Shown: positions 31,035-40,904, numbered from the stretch's first letter. The stretch: 64,000 bases of DNA from Pseudomonadales bacterium (GCA_022822865.1 JAJDYJ010000029.1:26440-90439), one strand, 5' to 3'. Program-made: numbers and translations. Notes: generated by a model not told the origin, from the sequence alone.

Positions 31035-31478
31035 TCAGTGCGTCGTTTGTTCGTCGAGTTCCGACATGCCTTGCCGAGACACGTCCGTGGAATGGCAATC
31101 GTGTTGCCGGCAAAGCCAGAAATTGCGTACATGCGCATAAGCGATAATCGTTGCGCCGGCAACGGTGAGAATCTTCTCGCCGGTCTCTCCCGTCACGTCT
31201 TCCCCCAGTATCGGCACGAGGAAAAGTACGAAGAGACCGAGCAGCCCCGTTATTAGAATCTTGAAATGACCATGCTTGCGACAGCCGAGGCTCAAGGCGA
31301 AGAGACTGGTAGGGAGCACGAGAAAGAGAACCGCGTAGTGGAAGCTTTCGTCTTCCAGAAAAGTCGCTCCCAGCGCCGGAATCATGGCGATGGCCACCGG
31401 CGTGAGCAGGCAATGGACCACGCAAACCAGCGATAGGCCTATAGCCGCCTTATCCGCATTTGCCGACGATGCCTGCAC
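31035..31478 (-). CDS. MerC-like four-TM membrane protein with Cys/His motifs
   Basis: Track ORF 31035..31499. I prefer the GTG at 31476-31478, which is preceded by AGGAGA. Motifs: LVCVVHCLLTP, GCRKHGH, and the C-terminal FWLCRQHDCH. Confidence 0.65.
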   Translation of the reverse strand: MQASSANADKAAIGLSLVCVVHCLLTPVAIAMIPALGATFLEDESFHYAVLFLVLPTSLFALSLGCRKHGHFKILITGLLGLFVLFLVPILGEDVTGETGEKILTVAGATIIAYAHVRNFWLCRQHDCHSTDVSRQGMSELDEQTTH

Positions 31479-31495
31479 TATTGTTCTCCTGACAA

Positions 31496-32926
31496 TCAAC
31501 TGTTGATGGGGCTCGCCGACCGCAGCCGCCGGTTCACAAGCAGCATCATACCAATGGAGAGCAACAACAGGAACATCATCGGCGCCATGCCGCGAGCCAA
31601 TCTTGCGAAGAGCGCTTCGCCTTCGAAGCTGAACTCCGGGATAGTCTGGTAAAACCCGGAATCGATCGGCTGTTTGGCGACGATGTTCGGGCCGACCAGT
31701 TCCGCATACCCCGCCTTGAATTGCCGCGCCTGGGTCAGGTAGTCCTGGTGCCGCCGGGCCGACGTTCCGGCCAGTTCCACAAACAGGCTATTGGCCGCAA
31801 TGGCCGGAGATACGAAACGGAAAAGTCCGATTGCGTTTTCGCGGCTCCTCAGCGCCTCTTCAAAGGAATCCACGATGGGCCGTGTCGCCTCGTCCACTGT
31901 CGAGGTCACCAGGAAAGAGGAAAGCACGAAAGCCGGAATCTGCGATTCCTGATCGACCAGCAGTTCCGGATGGTCAAGCATGAACTGGTTGGCCACATCG
32001 GCCTCCTGGAGCCGGGTTTCGTTTTCGACTTCCCTCGCATCGGCCAGAAAGGCCAGGCGCGACGGCGTCGGATAGAGCGCCTCCGCCGTCGCGCTGGTGG
32101 CCGCGGGAATGACCAGGGTGAGCCCGGCCCACAAGCCCAGCAGCGCCAGCAAATTGAATTCGCCGCTCCTGTTGTAGCTGGCGATCCAGGCGATCAGCAT
32201 CAACCAGAAGAACCCGTAAAGAAGTACGAGCAGCGACCAGAATCCGAACGCCGGCAAACGCGCACCGGGACTTGCTTCGCCCGACCCGGACGCCAGCGCA
32301 ATCAGCGCGGCGGCAAAGGTCACGAACAATACGATGCCCGCGCGAAACAGCAGGCGCTGCCAGAACAAGTTCCTGACGCTCGCACCCTGCGCTACCGCAA
32401 GACCCAGCCTCCCGGCGTCGCGGTCGGCGGCGATCACGTCGAAACAGAAAACGATCAGCAGCAGCGGCAGGAACAGGATTACCGCCTTGCTGATGTCGAA
32501 ACTGCCGAGCGCCAATGAAACCGGATCCGCGATTTCATACCTTGAGAACAATCGTATGTCCGGGTCCCATAGCGAAATCTCGCCGGCAAAGGGCAACAGA
32601 TCCGATTGGCCGACGGCGAAATCAGCCAGCGGCTCCTGGGGCAGTGACGACGCGAACACCACATCCATGGCCGAGCCTGTCGCGGGCGGCACTTCCGCCG
32701 CGCTACCGAGTCTTTCGAGTTCGCGCAAATCGTCCAGCCAGCCGGCCATCGCCTGTTCGATTTCGGAGTTATGGCCAGCGATGGCCGCGGCGCGTTCATC
32801 GTGCTCCGTCCTGCCCGCCTGCCCGCCGTAAATCAGCACCGAGGCAAACGCCAGCAGCAACAGGAGCGAAGAGACGCGCTGAAACTGCATCTTCCACTCG
32901 CAAGCGACGAGATCCGTCATACGCAT
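31496..32926 (-). CDS. ABC-2-type permease, DUF3526-like (module 2, second permease)
   Basis: 476 aa: an N-terminal TM, a periplasmic segment, a TM bundle (AVILFLPLLLIVF...), a roughly 170-aa soluble insert, and a terminal TM. Confidence 0.7.
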   Translation of the reverse strand: MRMTDLVACEWKMQFQRVSSLLLLLAFASVLIYGGQAGRTEHDERAAAIAGHNSEIEQAMAGWLDDLRELERLGSAAEVPPATGSAMDVVFASSLPQEPLADFAVGQSDLLPFAGEISLWDPDIRLFSRYEIADPVSLALGSFDISKAVILFLPLLLIVFCFDVIAADRDAGRLGLAVAQGASVRNLFWQRLLFRAGIVLFVTFAAALIALASGSGEASPGARLPAFGFWSLLVLLYGFFWLMLIAWIASYNRSGEFNLLALLGLWAGLTLVIPAATSATAEALYPTPSRLAFLADAREVENETRLQEADVANQFMLDHPELLVDQESQIPAFVLSSFLVTSTVDEATRPIVDSFEEALRSRENAIGLFRFVSPAIAANSLFVELAGTSARRHQDYLTQARQFKAGYAELVGPNIVAKQPIDSGFYQTIPEFSFEGEALFARLARGMAPMMFLLLLSIGMMLLVNRRLRSASPINS

Positions 32927-32935
32927 GAGCGAACC

Positions 32936-34375
32936 TCACACTCGGGTTCGATCGGCGCCGAACCAGAACATGGCCGCCATGGCGGCCAGACCCCAGAACA
33001 GCAATATCGTCAGATCCCGGGCGCTCTCGCTCCAGGCCGTGGCAACGGAAGGCGGCCGGTAGTCGAACTCCGGCACCGTTTCCCAGAATTCGGGAGGCGA
33101 CAGGTAACCGAAACTCTCACCGGCGCCATTGAGCATCATGTCCTCGTTCATCGCTCGCACGATATCGTTGCGCTGGCGCTCCGCTTCCAGCGAAAAGTGT
33201 TCATGGGCGCCGATGTCGGTGCCCGAGTAAGCGCGTGAAAGATGTTGCAATGCGATCGTCGGGGAGAGAACGGAGAGCATTCGGCGCAGGTTCTTCTGTT
33301 TTTCGTAGTTGGCGAAGAGTTCGGCGTAAGCCGCGTTGTAGGCTTCCTGATCGATCACCTCGCTCACTTCCAGGCGCAGCGCACCGCGGTTTATCTCCAG
33401 GTCATCCAGTTCGTCCACGCGCAATTCCCTGCCTAACGCGCGTTCGACCACTTCCCGCTCCACGGCGACGTAGTCTTCACTCTCGCTCGGCGGCCGATTG
33501 GCCTGCAGGCTGGCCCGGGTGTCTTCCCAGAACGTTGCCGAGTCCGGGCTTGGATATACCTGTTCGGCAATACTTGCCGACAGCCGCGGCAATCCGACGA
33601 CGGTCACGACCCAGATCCCCAGCAAGAGCAGCAAGGCCGTTCTGGCCTCGGCAACCAGCATGGATACCAGCAGCGTGACGGCGGTCAGGCACACGATGTA
33701 AAGCCCATACACGAAAAGCAGCGAGAGACCGCGCAGGACCAGATCGCCGCCCGAAAAGCCCGATTCCGACAGCGACAGCAAGGAAAACGACGTCGATATC
33801 GCAACAGCGGCGGCCAGCACGGCGAAAGCCACCCCGGCAATTACGATGAATTTCCCAAGCAGCAGGTGAATCGGACTGGCGCCCGAACCGACCAGTTGCC
33901 GCAAGGTGCCGCGTTCACGCTCGCCGGCGATGCTGCCGTAGCCCATGAGCACTACCAGCAATGGCAGGATGAGCGTCAATACTCCCGCGATACTGAAATT
34001 TTCCAGCCTGCTGAGTTCAGGGGCATCCTCCGCTGCGCGAAACATGGCTGGGTTGCGTGAATGCGCCTCAAGCCAGATGACCTGCCCCATGAAAGAAGAA
34101 ACGCCGGGGTCGAAGGAAGCCAGGGGGGCCACCGGCTTATGGGCCATGCGGCTGAAATGCGCGGCGGAGTGCGGGTTTTTTTCACCCTGTTCCAGGAACA
34201 CCGCGGAATCGTCGGCCTGGGCCTGCAGGACTTCCCGCTCTCTCGCATTCTCGGTTGCAAGACCGGTAGTCAATCCAAGCACGAGCAGCAGCCCGACGAT
34301 GCCCAGCAAGCCCAGGGCCCTGCCGTCGCGCCTTATCTCTGTCAACTCTTTACCGATTATTGCGCCAATCATCAC
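32936..34375 (-). CDS. ABC-2-type permease, DUF3526-like (module 2, first permease)
   Basis: 479 aa. It is a paralog of 36362..37804 (NPHSAAHFSRMAHKPVAPLASFDPGV versus HPHRMVHYGHYVFRTPPPLAMIDPGV; both carry ERE..TL..L). The start overlaps the ATPase stop. Confidence 0.72.
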   Translation of the reverse strand: MMIGAIIGKELTEIRRDGRALGLLGIVGLLLVLGLTTGLATENAREREVLQAQADDSAVFLEQGEKNPHSAAHFSRMAHKPVAPLASFDPGVSSFMGQVIWLEAHSRNPAMFRAAEDAPELSRLENFSIAGVLTLILPLLVVLMGYGSIAGERERGTLRQLVGSGASPIHLLLGKFIVIAGVAFAVLAAAVAISTSFSLLSLSESGFSGGDLVLRGLSLLFVYGLYIVCLTAVTLLVSMLVAEARTALLLLLGIWVVTVVGLPRLSASIAEQVYPSPDSATFWEDTRASLQANRPPSESEDYVAVEREVVERALGRELRVDELDDLEINRGALRLEVSEVIDQEAYNAAYAELFANYEKQKNLRRMLSVLSPTIALQHLSRAYSGTDIGAHEHFSLEAERQRNDIVRAMNEDMMLNGAGESFGYLSPPEFWETVPEFDYRPPSVATAWSESARDLTILLFWGLAAMAAMFWFGADRTRV

Positions 34376-35118
34376 TACGCCTCCTCGGTGGTCTCATCAA
34401 CGGTTTCGTCGTCGTGCATGTGATTGAGGTAGACCTGTTCGAGCGCTGCCTGGTCCAGGGATTCGGGGGAGAGTTCTTCCACCAGGGTCCCGGATTTCAT
34501 GATGCCGATGCGGTCGGCGAGTTCCCTGGCCCGGAACAGGTCATGGGTCGCCATCAGCACCGCCGCGCCGTTATCGGCAAGCTGTCGCAGCAGCCGGCAA
34601 AATTCGTTCGCGGCGCTGGGGTCCAGGCCGGACAGCGGTTCGTCGAGCAACAGCGCCCTGGCGCCTTTGGCGAGCGCGATCGCGAGCCCGATCTTCTGCC
34701 GCATGCCCTTGGAATACGCGCCGACTTTCTGATCCGCGGCGCCCTGATCCAGCCCAACCTGATCGAGCAGTCCGCGGAGATGGCTTTCATCGCGATGCCC
34801 GCCGCCGAGCCTGACGAAATAGTCGAGATTCTCCAGGCCCGTCAAGGCCGGATACAGCGACACCTGCTCGGGCACGTAGCCGAGTTTGCTTCGCGCCCGC
34901 TTCAGGTCGGCGGTCACTTCGGTTCCGTCAACGATGGCGGCGCCCGAAGTCGGTTCGAGAAAGCCGAGAAAAAGGTTTATCGTCGTCGTCTTGCCCGCGC
35001 CGTTGGCGCCGAGCAGGCAGACGATCTCCTTCTCGTTTACCGAAAGATTCAAGCCATTCAGCGCCGTATTCGACCGGAATGACTTGGTCAAATCCCGGGC
35101 GCGAAGCAGTTCACTCAT
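34375..35118 (-). CDS. ABC transporter ATP-binding protein (module 2)
   Basis: 247 aa. Walker A GANGAGKTT, signature YSKGMRQK, Walker B LLLDEP, and an H-loop ATHD. Confidence 0.92.
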   Translation of the reverse strand: MSELLRARDLTKSFRSNTALNGLNLSVNEKEIVCLLGANGAGKTTTINLFLGFLEPTSGAAIVDGTEVTADLKRARSKLGYVPEQVSLYPALTGLENLDYFVRLGGGHRDESHLRGLLDQVGLDQGAADQKVGAYSKGMRQKIGLAIALAKGARALLLDEPLSGLDPSAANEFCRLLRQLADNGAAVLMATHDLFRARELADRIGIMKSGTLVEELSPESLDQAALEQVYLNHMHDDETVDETTEEA

Positions 35119-36365
35119 GATTCATTTCCCTGGAATTGCGGCCGTTGTTCGAGGCTGGCGGTTGAGACAGGCTCCCCGCGAAACAGGCGCGGGTAGTAAT
35201 ACTCTCTCAGCGCCTTGTGGAAAGCGCGCACTCGCTGTTCATAAGCCAGGGTCGCCGCCACATTGGTATCGGCAAGCGCCTGCATTGCGCGCTCGGCCAG
35301 CGCCGGCGGCGACAGCCAGGCAAGCGAACCCACCAATCGGTCCCGCCCGATGCGGCCGTCATGATAAGCCTGCGACAGCGGTTCGACGGTCTGGTCGCCG
35401 ACCTGTTGAAAGGCGTAATACCACTTCCACTCGAATGGCTGGCCGACTTCGGTGTAGTCCGCCCATTCCGGATGACGCTCGATAAAGGGCTCCATCGTTG
35501 CGGCTTTGGGCAGATCCCAGGCGTCGTTGACCGCCTCTCTCTGGGTAAGCAGGATTTCACCGCCGTCCGGCAACGGCACGGCGGCCTCTACCGAGATCTT
35601 GATAGCCGCCGGAACGATCACGGCCAGGGCCAGCCAGGCGCCGACCAGCGCGGTCAGATTGACCGGGCTGGTCCAGCCGTAACGGTCGACCAGGACGCAA
35701 ACGCTCCACCAGAACGCGATATGCAATATCACAACGAGGCTTGCCAAAATCAGGGTCGATGCGCCGGCCCCGCCGGGCAGGCCACCGGCCCAGAGCGGAC
35801 CGATCAGGCATAACGCCAACGCGCCTGTGCGCAAGGCAGCCCGGGCGAACCAGGGGCTCCCCCGGCTCGCCGCGGTCGCGCTGAGCAATTCATAGCGGCC
35901 CGCGGTGCGCTCGGCCGAGCGCAGGTCGTGCAACAGGAGAATCAGCAACAGCGGGGCAAGCAGATTCGCAGCGAAAGCGAAGTCGAAACGGCCGATCAGG
36001 GCGAAGTCCGGGTTTTCCGCGTCTGTCTCGTAAATCTGCCCTTCCAGCGCCAGTGCGCGGATCTGGTGCTTCCAGGGAGAAGTGTCGCGTTGGCCCAGCG
36101 CGGCGAAAGCAAAATCCGACGGCGAATCCCAGGTGAGGTGGAATGTGTAATACGCCACATCGCCCCAGTCCTGGTACAGCGTGTCGAGGACTTCCCGTTC
36201 CGCGTAATCGATTTCGATCAAATCGTTCAGGACCGCGCGTTGCGCGGCGATTTCACGCAGGCCGAGGATTACCGACACACAGGCGACAAGCAGCGCGATT
36301 CCCAGCCAGAGCAAGGCCGCCCGGTCACTCGCAAGAAAGCGGATTTCTCGGATCAGTCCGCTCAT
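35115..36365 (-). CDS. ABC-2-type permease, DUF3526-like (module 1, second permease)
   Basis: 416-aa polytopic protein. It has 4-nt overlaps with both neighbours. Confidence 0.7.
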   Translation of the reverse strand: MSGLIREIRFLASDRAALLWLGIALLVACVSVILGLREIAAQRAVLNDLIEIDYAEREVLDTLYQDWGDVAYYTFHLTWDSPSDFAFAALGQRDTSPWKHQIRALALEGQIYETDAENPDFALIGRFDFAFAANLLAPLLLILLLHDLRSAERTAGRYELLSATAASRGSPWFARAALRTGALALCLIGPLWAGGLPGGAGASTLILASLVVILHIAFWWSVCVLVDRYGWTSPVNLTALVGAWLALAVIVPAAIKISVEAAVPLPDGGEILLTQREAVNDAWDLPKAATMEPFIERHPEWADYTEVGQPFEWKWYYAFQQVGDQTVEPLSQAYHDGRIGRDRLVGSLAWLSPPALAERAMQALADTNVAATLAYEQRVRAFHKALREYYYPRLFRGEPVSTASLEQRPQFQGNES

Positions 36366-37804
36366 GGCTGCATTCTTCGCGCGGCGCGGATGCCGCCTGC
36401 CGTCAACAGCAGCAACCAGGCGGAAAGCATGCCCAGGGGCGCGCCGGCGCGAGCCAGGCGTTGATCGGCGGCAGCGGGCTGGAAGGAAAACTCGTCGAGG
36501 ACGTTCCAGTTTTCGGCTGACATCCGCGTGCGACGATTGGCTTCTTCGTTGAGACTGCGATTGATGTCGTCGGTATAGTCCAGTTGCTCGACATGGACGC
36601 GATTAAGGCCCTGCACGAAATCGAAGCGCACGTCCTCTGCTTCACGCAGAAAACGATGGTGCGTCGCGAGGTCGGTGCCCGATAGTGCGCGGGAGCCCGC
36701 AGAAACCGCCACCACCGGTGAAAGCCAGCCGAAAGATTCGGCAAATCGCGCCTGGCGCACTTCAAGATCCATGCGTTCTTCGGCAAACCGGTTCATCACC
36801 TCGGTCACATCGGCTTCCGCAACTTCGGAGACGACGCCGCGAAAATTGACCGGCAGGTCTTCCACGCGCTCGACATCGTACTGGATCAGCAGATTCGCCC
36901 GAAGCTGCTGAAACTGCGGAGCGCCGGCGTTGTGGCCATCGCCCACTTCCCGCAGTTCCGCCTGCATGCGCAGGTCGGTCTCGATCTTGCCTGGCGCGGG
37001 CACCGCCGAAACGGCGGATTCAACCGCCATGCGCGGAACGATCAGGGCTGAGGCGAGCCAGAACAGCGCCAGAATGCCGAGCGAGAGCGCGCGCGACCGG
37101 ACCATGGCCGATACGAGCAGGATCACGCCGCACCAGACAAACAGATAAAGCGCGTAGAGGCCCATGACGCCAAAACTCGCCAGCAGCGCCTCGCCCCGAA
37201 CGACAGCCGCGGCCGACACCATCGCCAGCGGCAGCAACAGCGCCAGCGTGACTCCCGCCATGGCGACCCATTTGCCCGCGTACAACTCATTTCCCGTCAC
37301 GCCCTGGGCCAGCAGCGGCGCAAGCGTGTTCTCTTCGCGCTCGCGAATGAATACGCCATGGCCGATGGCGATCAGCAGCAGCGGCACGAACAATTGGTAA
37401 ACCAGCGCCGCGGTCAACCCCTGGAAGCCGCCGAGTTCGGCGCCCGACCTCGCATCGGCGAACATTGCCGAGTTTTGCCGGTGGGCTTCCAGAAAAATCG
37501 ATTGCCCGGTGAACGAGTCGACACCGGGGTCGATCATCGCAAGCGGCGGCGGCGTACGGAAAACATAATGCCCGTAATGCACCATTCTGTGTGGATGGCG
37601 GTCCGGCTGGGACAGAAAAGTCTCTTCCGCCAGCGCCTGCTGTTCGGAACGTTCCCGATGTTCTTCGCTCATCCTTAGCGAAGTCGCGATGCTGACGGCT
37701 GCCAGCAACACAGTGAAAATCAGCAAGGTAAATAACGCGAGCCGCGATCTCAGCCACAGCCGCGACTCTTCCCGCGCGATTGAAAGTACTTTGCTCATCG
37801 TCAT
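36362..37804 (-). CDS. ABC-2-type permease, DUF3526-like (module 1, first permease)
   Basis: 480 aa with a His-rich periplasmic motif (RHPHRMVHYGHYVF), a TM bundle and a terminal TM. It has a 4-nt overlap with the ATPase gene. Confidence 0.72.
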   Translation of the reverse strand: MTMSKVLSIAREESRLWLRSRLALFTLLIFTVLLAAVSIATSLRMSEEHRERSEQQALAEETFLSQPDRHPHRMVHYGHYVFRTPPPLAMIDPGVDSFTGQSIFLEAHRQNSAMFADARSGAELGGFQGLTAALVYQLFVPLLLIAIGHGVFIREREENTLAPLLAQGVTGNELYAGKWVAMAGVTLALLLPLAMVSAAAVVRGEALLASFGVMGLYALYLFVWCGVILLVSAMVRSRALSLGILALFWLASALIVPRMAVESAVSAVPAPGKIETDLRMQAELREVGDGHNAGAPQFQQLRANLLIQYDVERVEDLPVNFRGVVSEVAEADVTEVMNRFAEERMDLEVRQARFAESFGWLSPVVAVSAGSRALSGTDLATHHRFLREAEDVRFDFVQGLNRVHVEQLDYTDDINRSLNEEANRRTRMSAENWNVLDEFSFQPAAADQRLARAGAPLGMLSAWLLLLTAGGIRAARRMQP

Positions 37805-38523
37805 GCTCCCGCGTGTTGGGCAAAAGCGACATGCACCGCCTCGGTGTCGATCCGGTCCATGCCGGGCGGCCGGTCGAAGGCGCCGACAAGTACGCCGTTC
37901 TGCAACAGGTCAATGCGGTCGGCCACATGGCAGGCGCCGTAGACATCGTGGGTGACCAGGAGAATGGTTCGGCCGGCCTCGGCCAGATTCCGGGCCAGCC
38001 GGTTGAACTCGTCGATCGCCACGGGATCGAGACCCGAGGTCGGCTCGTCCAATAGCAGGATCGGCGTATCCCGCAGGATTGCCAGGGCGATCGCCACCTT
38101 CTGACGCATGCCCTTGGAGTAGGTTTCCATTCGCATGTTTCGGGCTTCGGGTTGCAACGCCACCCGGTCCAGGGCGTCATCCAGCGCTTCCCGGCCGGTA
38201 TCCGTGCCCGCCAGCGAAAGGAAATAGTGGAGATTTTCATAGGCGCTCAAATGCCCATACAAGGTGGCCGCCTCGGGCAGATAGGCGATGGCCTGCCGGG
38301 CCGCTCCCAGGTTTCCGTTCACGTCGCGGCCTTGCACATGCACGCTTCCCGAAGCCGGCTTGAGAAAGCCGAGAAAGGTCAGCAAGGTCGTCGACTTGCC
38401 GGCGCCGTTACCTCCAAGCAAGGCATGAATCTCCCCTTGCTCGATGCTGAAGGAGACATCCTTCAGCACTTGCTGGCCGGAGCGCATTACGCTGAGAGAC
38501 TGAGCTGCGAGCATGGAAATCAT
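37801..38523 (-). CDS. ABC transporter ATP-binding protein (module 1)
   Basis: Track ORF 37801..38724, trimmed to MISMLAAQSLSV (ATG 38521-38523, with an AGGAG SD 5 nt upstream). Walker A GGNGAGKST, signature YSKGMRQK, Walker B LLLDEP. Confidence 0.9.
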   Translation of the reverse strand: MISMLAAQSLSVMRSGQQVLKDVSFSIEQGEIHALLGGNGAGKSTTLLTFLGFLKPASGSVHVQGRDVNGNLGAARQAIAYLPEAATLYGHLSAYENLHYFLSLAGTDTGREALDDALDRVALQPEARNMRMETYSKGMRQKVAIALAILRDTPILLLDEPTSGLDPVAIDEFNRLARNLAEAGRTILLVTHDVYGACHVADRIDLLQNGVLVGAFDRPPGMDRIDTEAVHVAFAQHAGA

Positions 38524-38570
38524 TTGAACTCCTGAATCAGGGGCGGTACCGCGCGCCTCGCCGGTTTTGG

Positions 38571-38601
38571 TCCATGACGCAACCGTTTGTTGCGCCATGG
38601 A
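38571..38601 (-). other. 13-bp-stem hairpin between receptor 1 and ABC module 1
   Basis: The minus strand reads TCCATGGCGCAAC-AAACG-GTTGCGTCATGGA (one G-U pair). No following U-tract, so this is an intra-operon attenuator or stabiliser candidate rather than a clear terminator. Confidence 0.5.
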
Positions 38602-38611
38602 CTCAGGCCGG

Positions 38612-40813
38612 CTAGAACGAATAGGCCACCGTAAGATGGAAATGACGCGGTGCGCCCGGCTCGACCCAGACGTCCGCATAGGAATTGGTGTAGTACACCT
38701 CGTCGAATGTGTTGTCCAGGTCAAAGCGAATCATGAGACGCTCAGTGGGCGCGATCTGGCCAAAGAGTCGTGCGGTGGTGTAGCCGGGCAAGTAGAAGTC
38801 AAAGGCGGTAAACCCGAGCCGCTCGCCGGTGTATTGAACGCCGGCGCCCACCTGCGCAGGCATGCCTCCCACTTCGAAATCCTGGCTGAAATGCACGTTC
38901 GCCTGTTGTTCCGGCGAGTTGATGAGCGGGTCGCCGGCTTCAATGACCGCGCCCCAGTCGGCTTCGAGACTGGTGGTGGTGAATACCGCGTCGGCGTAGG
39001 CGTAGGACAACCACAGATTGGCGCCGCTCTCGAAGGCAAGGTTCGCGTCGATTTCGAACCCGCGGCTGCGCGCTTCGCCTGCATCGTGAGAAAACCACCC
39101 CAGTGCCTGGGCCTCCGGCCGATCGTCGTTCACCAGAATATTGCTTTGGTCCACCCGGAACAGCGCGAACGTGAGCGAGCCGGAAACCTCATCGGAAAAC
39201 TGCGCCATATCGAACTTCAGCCCGACTTCCGCGGACTCGGTGAGGTTCGGATTGAACTGGTTGCCTTGATAGTCGGACCCCGGTTGCTGGCGGAAGCCTT
39301 CGCCGTAGGAAGCGTAGAGGCTGGCGCCGTCGTTTATCGAGTAGACCGCGCCAAACTGCGGCGAGACGCGACTATCCGATGTCGTACTCGTAGATGGGGG
39401 CGTCCTGAGCAGGTTGGTCAAATCCTGCTCGAAGTCATCCCAGCGCAAGCCCAGGCGAACCTGCAACCGATCCGTGATGTCGATCTGGTCCTGTATGTAG
39501 AAGCCGAAGCCGTCCAGGTTTTCGTCCCGGTTCGTGTTTGGCCCGGGCGCCGGTTGCGGAGACTGACCGTAGACCGGATTGAATACGTCCAGGAAAAGAT
39601 AGGCTGCCGGATCGAGCGTGTCGATATCCGTGCTCCCGGGAAACCAGCCTGGCCGATAACGCTGGATAAACCAATTCAGGTCGAAACGGTCGAAGTCGGC
39701 GCCCACAAGCAGTCTGTGACGAAGCGCGCCTGATTCAAATTCGCCCGCAAGTTCAGCCCGGGCTACGAAATACTCCGACTCAAAATTTCGATAGCGGAAA
39801 AATCGCGACAGGGTTCGGCCATCCAGAAAGTATGTCTGGCGTCCGCCGAAGTTGGTTTCGGATGCGTTGCCTTCAAAAGACGTATCCCGGTACCCAAGAC
39901 CGGCAAGAAGGCTCCAGTTATTGGAAAAGTTGTGCTGGATTTCGAACTGATGACCCAGCACCTCGGTCTCGATGGGGCCGTCGCCGGGCTCGCCGACAAA
40001 GGTTTCACGTGGCGTGAAACCATATTCTGTCGAATAGGCGACACCTCGATCGAAAGGAATCTCCTGATTTGTGTATTCCAGCTCGTAAGTCAGGCTGGTC
40101 GCATCGGAGATAGCCCAGGCGATCGACGGATAAAGGCCTGTACGCGCTGTTTCAACCGTTTCCCTGAAGCTCTCCGCATCCTCCTGGAATCCCACGATGC
40201 GCAGCCCAATCTCGTCGTTGCTCCCCGCCGTGGTTTGGAAATCCCCTTCGAAACGCCTTTGATTCCAGCTTCCGAAGGTGGCCCGAAAGTCCCCCTGCGT
40301 CTGGAATTGCGGTCGTTTGGTTACCAGATTTACCGTGCCGCCAGGCTCGCCGCGTCCAAACAGCGCCGAGCGCGGCCCTTTGAGCACTTCCACGGACTCG
40401 ATGCCCACCAGGTCCCGTGGACCGGCGAACCCGCGGCCCGCATTGAATCCGTTGACCAGAAATCCGCTTGGCAGATTGATGTCTCCGTAGAAGCCGCGAA
40501 TCGAAAAGCTGTTCCACAATCCGCCAAAGTTGTTCTGGCGCGCAACGGACGCCGATAGATCCAGCGCTTGATTGAGGTTTATCGCGCCGGCTTCGCGAAG
40601 CAGGGCTTCATCGATGATCTGGTCCGCCGATGGTTTTTCGAGATCGTCGAAATTTCCTCGATACGCGCGGCGCTCGCCCAGTACGAAGATCTCTTCCAGG
40701 ACTTCCTCGCCGTCGCCTGTCTGTGTTGATTGCGCCGCAATGGGCAGCGCGCATGGAACCGTAAGTGCGGCAGCGAATGCGATCGCCACCGGCTTGAATC
40801 TGTGCTTGGACAT
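38612..40813 (-). CDS. TonB-dependent siderophore-type receptor (receptor 1)
   Basis: Track ORF 38612..40825, with the ATG at 40811-40813 (MSKHRFKPVAIAFAAALTV). Plug motifs FSIRGF and VEVLKGPRSALFGRGEPGGTVNLVTK. The terminal residues are TVAYSF. Confidence 0.9.
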   Translation of the reverse strand: MSKHRFKPVAIAFAAALTVPCALPIAAQSTQTGDGEEVLEEIFVLGERRAYRGNFDDLEKPSADQIIDEALLREAGAINLNQALDLSASVARQNNFGGLWNSFSIRGFYGDINLPSGFLVNGFNAGRGFAGPRDLVGIESVEVLKGPRSALFGRGEPGGTVNLVTKRPQFQTQGDFRATFGSWNQRRFEGDFQTTAGSNDEIGLRIVGFQEDAESFRETVETARTGLYPSIAWAISDATSLTYELEYTNQEIPFDRGVAYSTEYGFTPRETFVGEPGDGPIETEVLGHQFEIQHNFSNNWSLLAGLGYRDTSFEGNASETNFGGRQTYFLDGRTLSRFFRYRNFESEYFVARAELAGEFESGALRHRLLVGADFDRFDLNWFIQRYRPGWFPGSTDIDTLDPAAYLFLDVFNPVYGQSPQPAPGPNTNRDENLDGFGFYIQDQIDITDRLQVRLGLRWDDFEQDLTNLLRTPPSTSTTSDSRVSPQFGAVYSINDGASLYASYGEGFRQQPGSDYQGNQFNPNLTESAEVGLKFDMAQFSDEVSGSLTFALFRVDQSNILVNDDRPEAQALGWFSHDAGEARSRGFEIDANLAFESGANLWLSYAYADAVFTTTSLEADWGAVIEAGDPLINSPEQQANVHFSQDFEVGGMPAQVGAGVQYTGERLGFTAFDFYLPGYTTARLFGQIAPTERLMIRFDLDNTFDEVYYTNSYADVWVEPGAPRHFHLTVAYSF

Positions 40814-40904
40814 TGGTTGTCTCAATCTGTAAACGTTTGAAATACCGCAAAGTCAGCGGCGCAGAGTGCGCAGACGCTCGCGGTCGTACGAAAATCAAGG
40901 CGTT

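Noticed and set aside
33868-33895. V-G-S-G-A-S-P in permease P1b as a possible flavinylation site
   Set aside because: It lacks the upstream Asp and is not conserved in the paralog P1a (AQGVTGNE). It sits next to the TM bundle and not in an FMN-binding domain.
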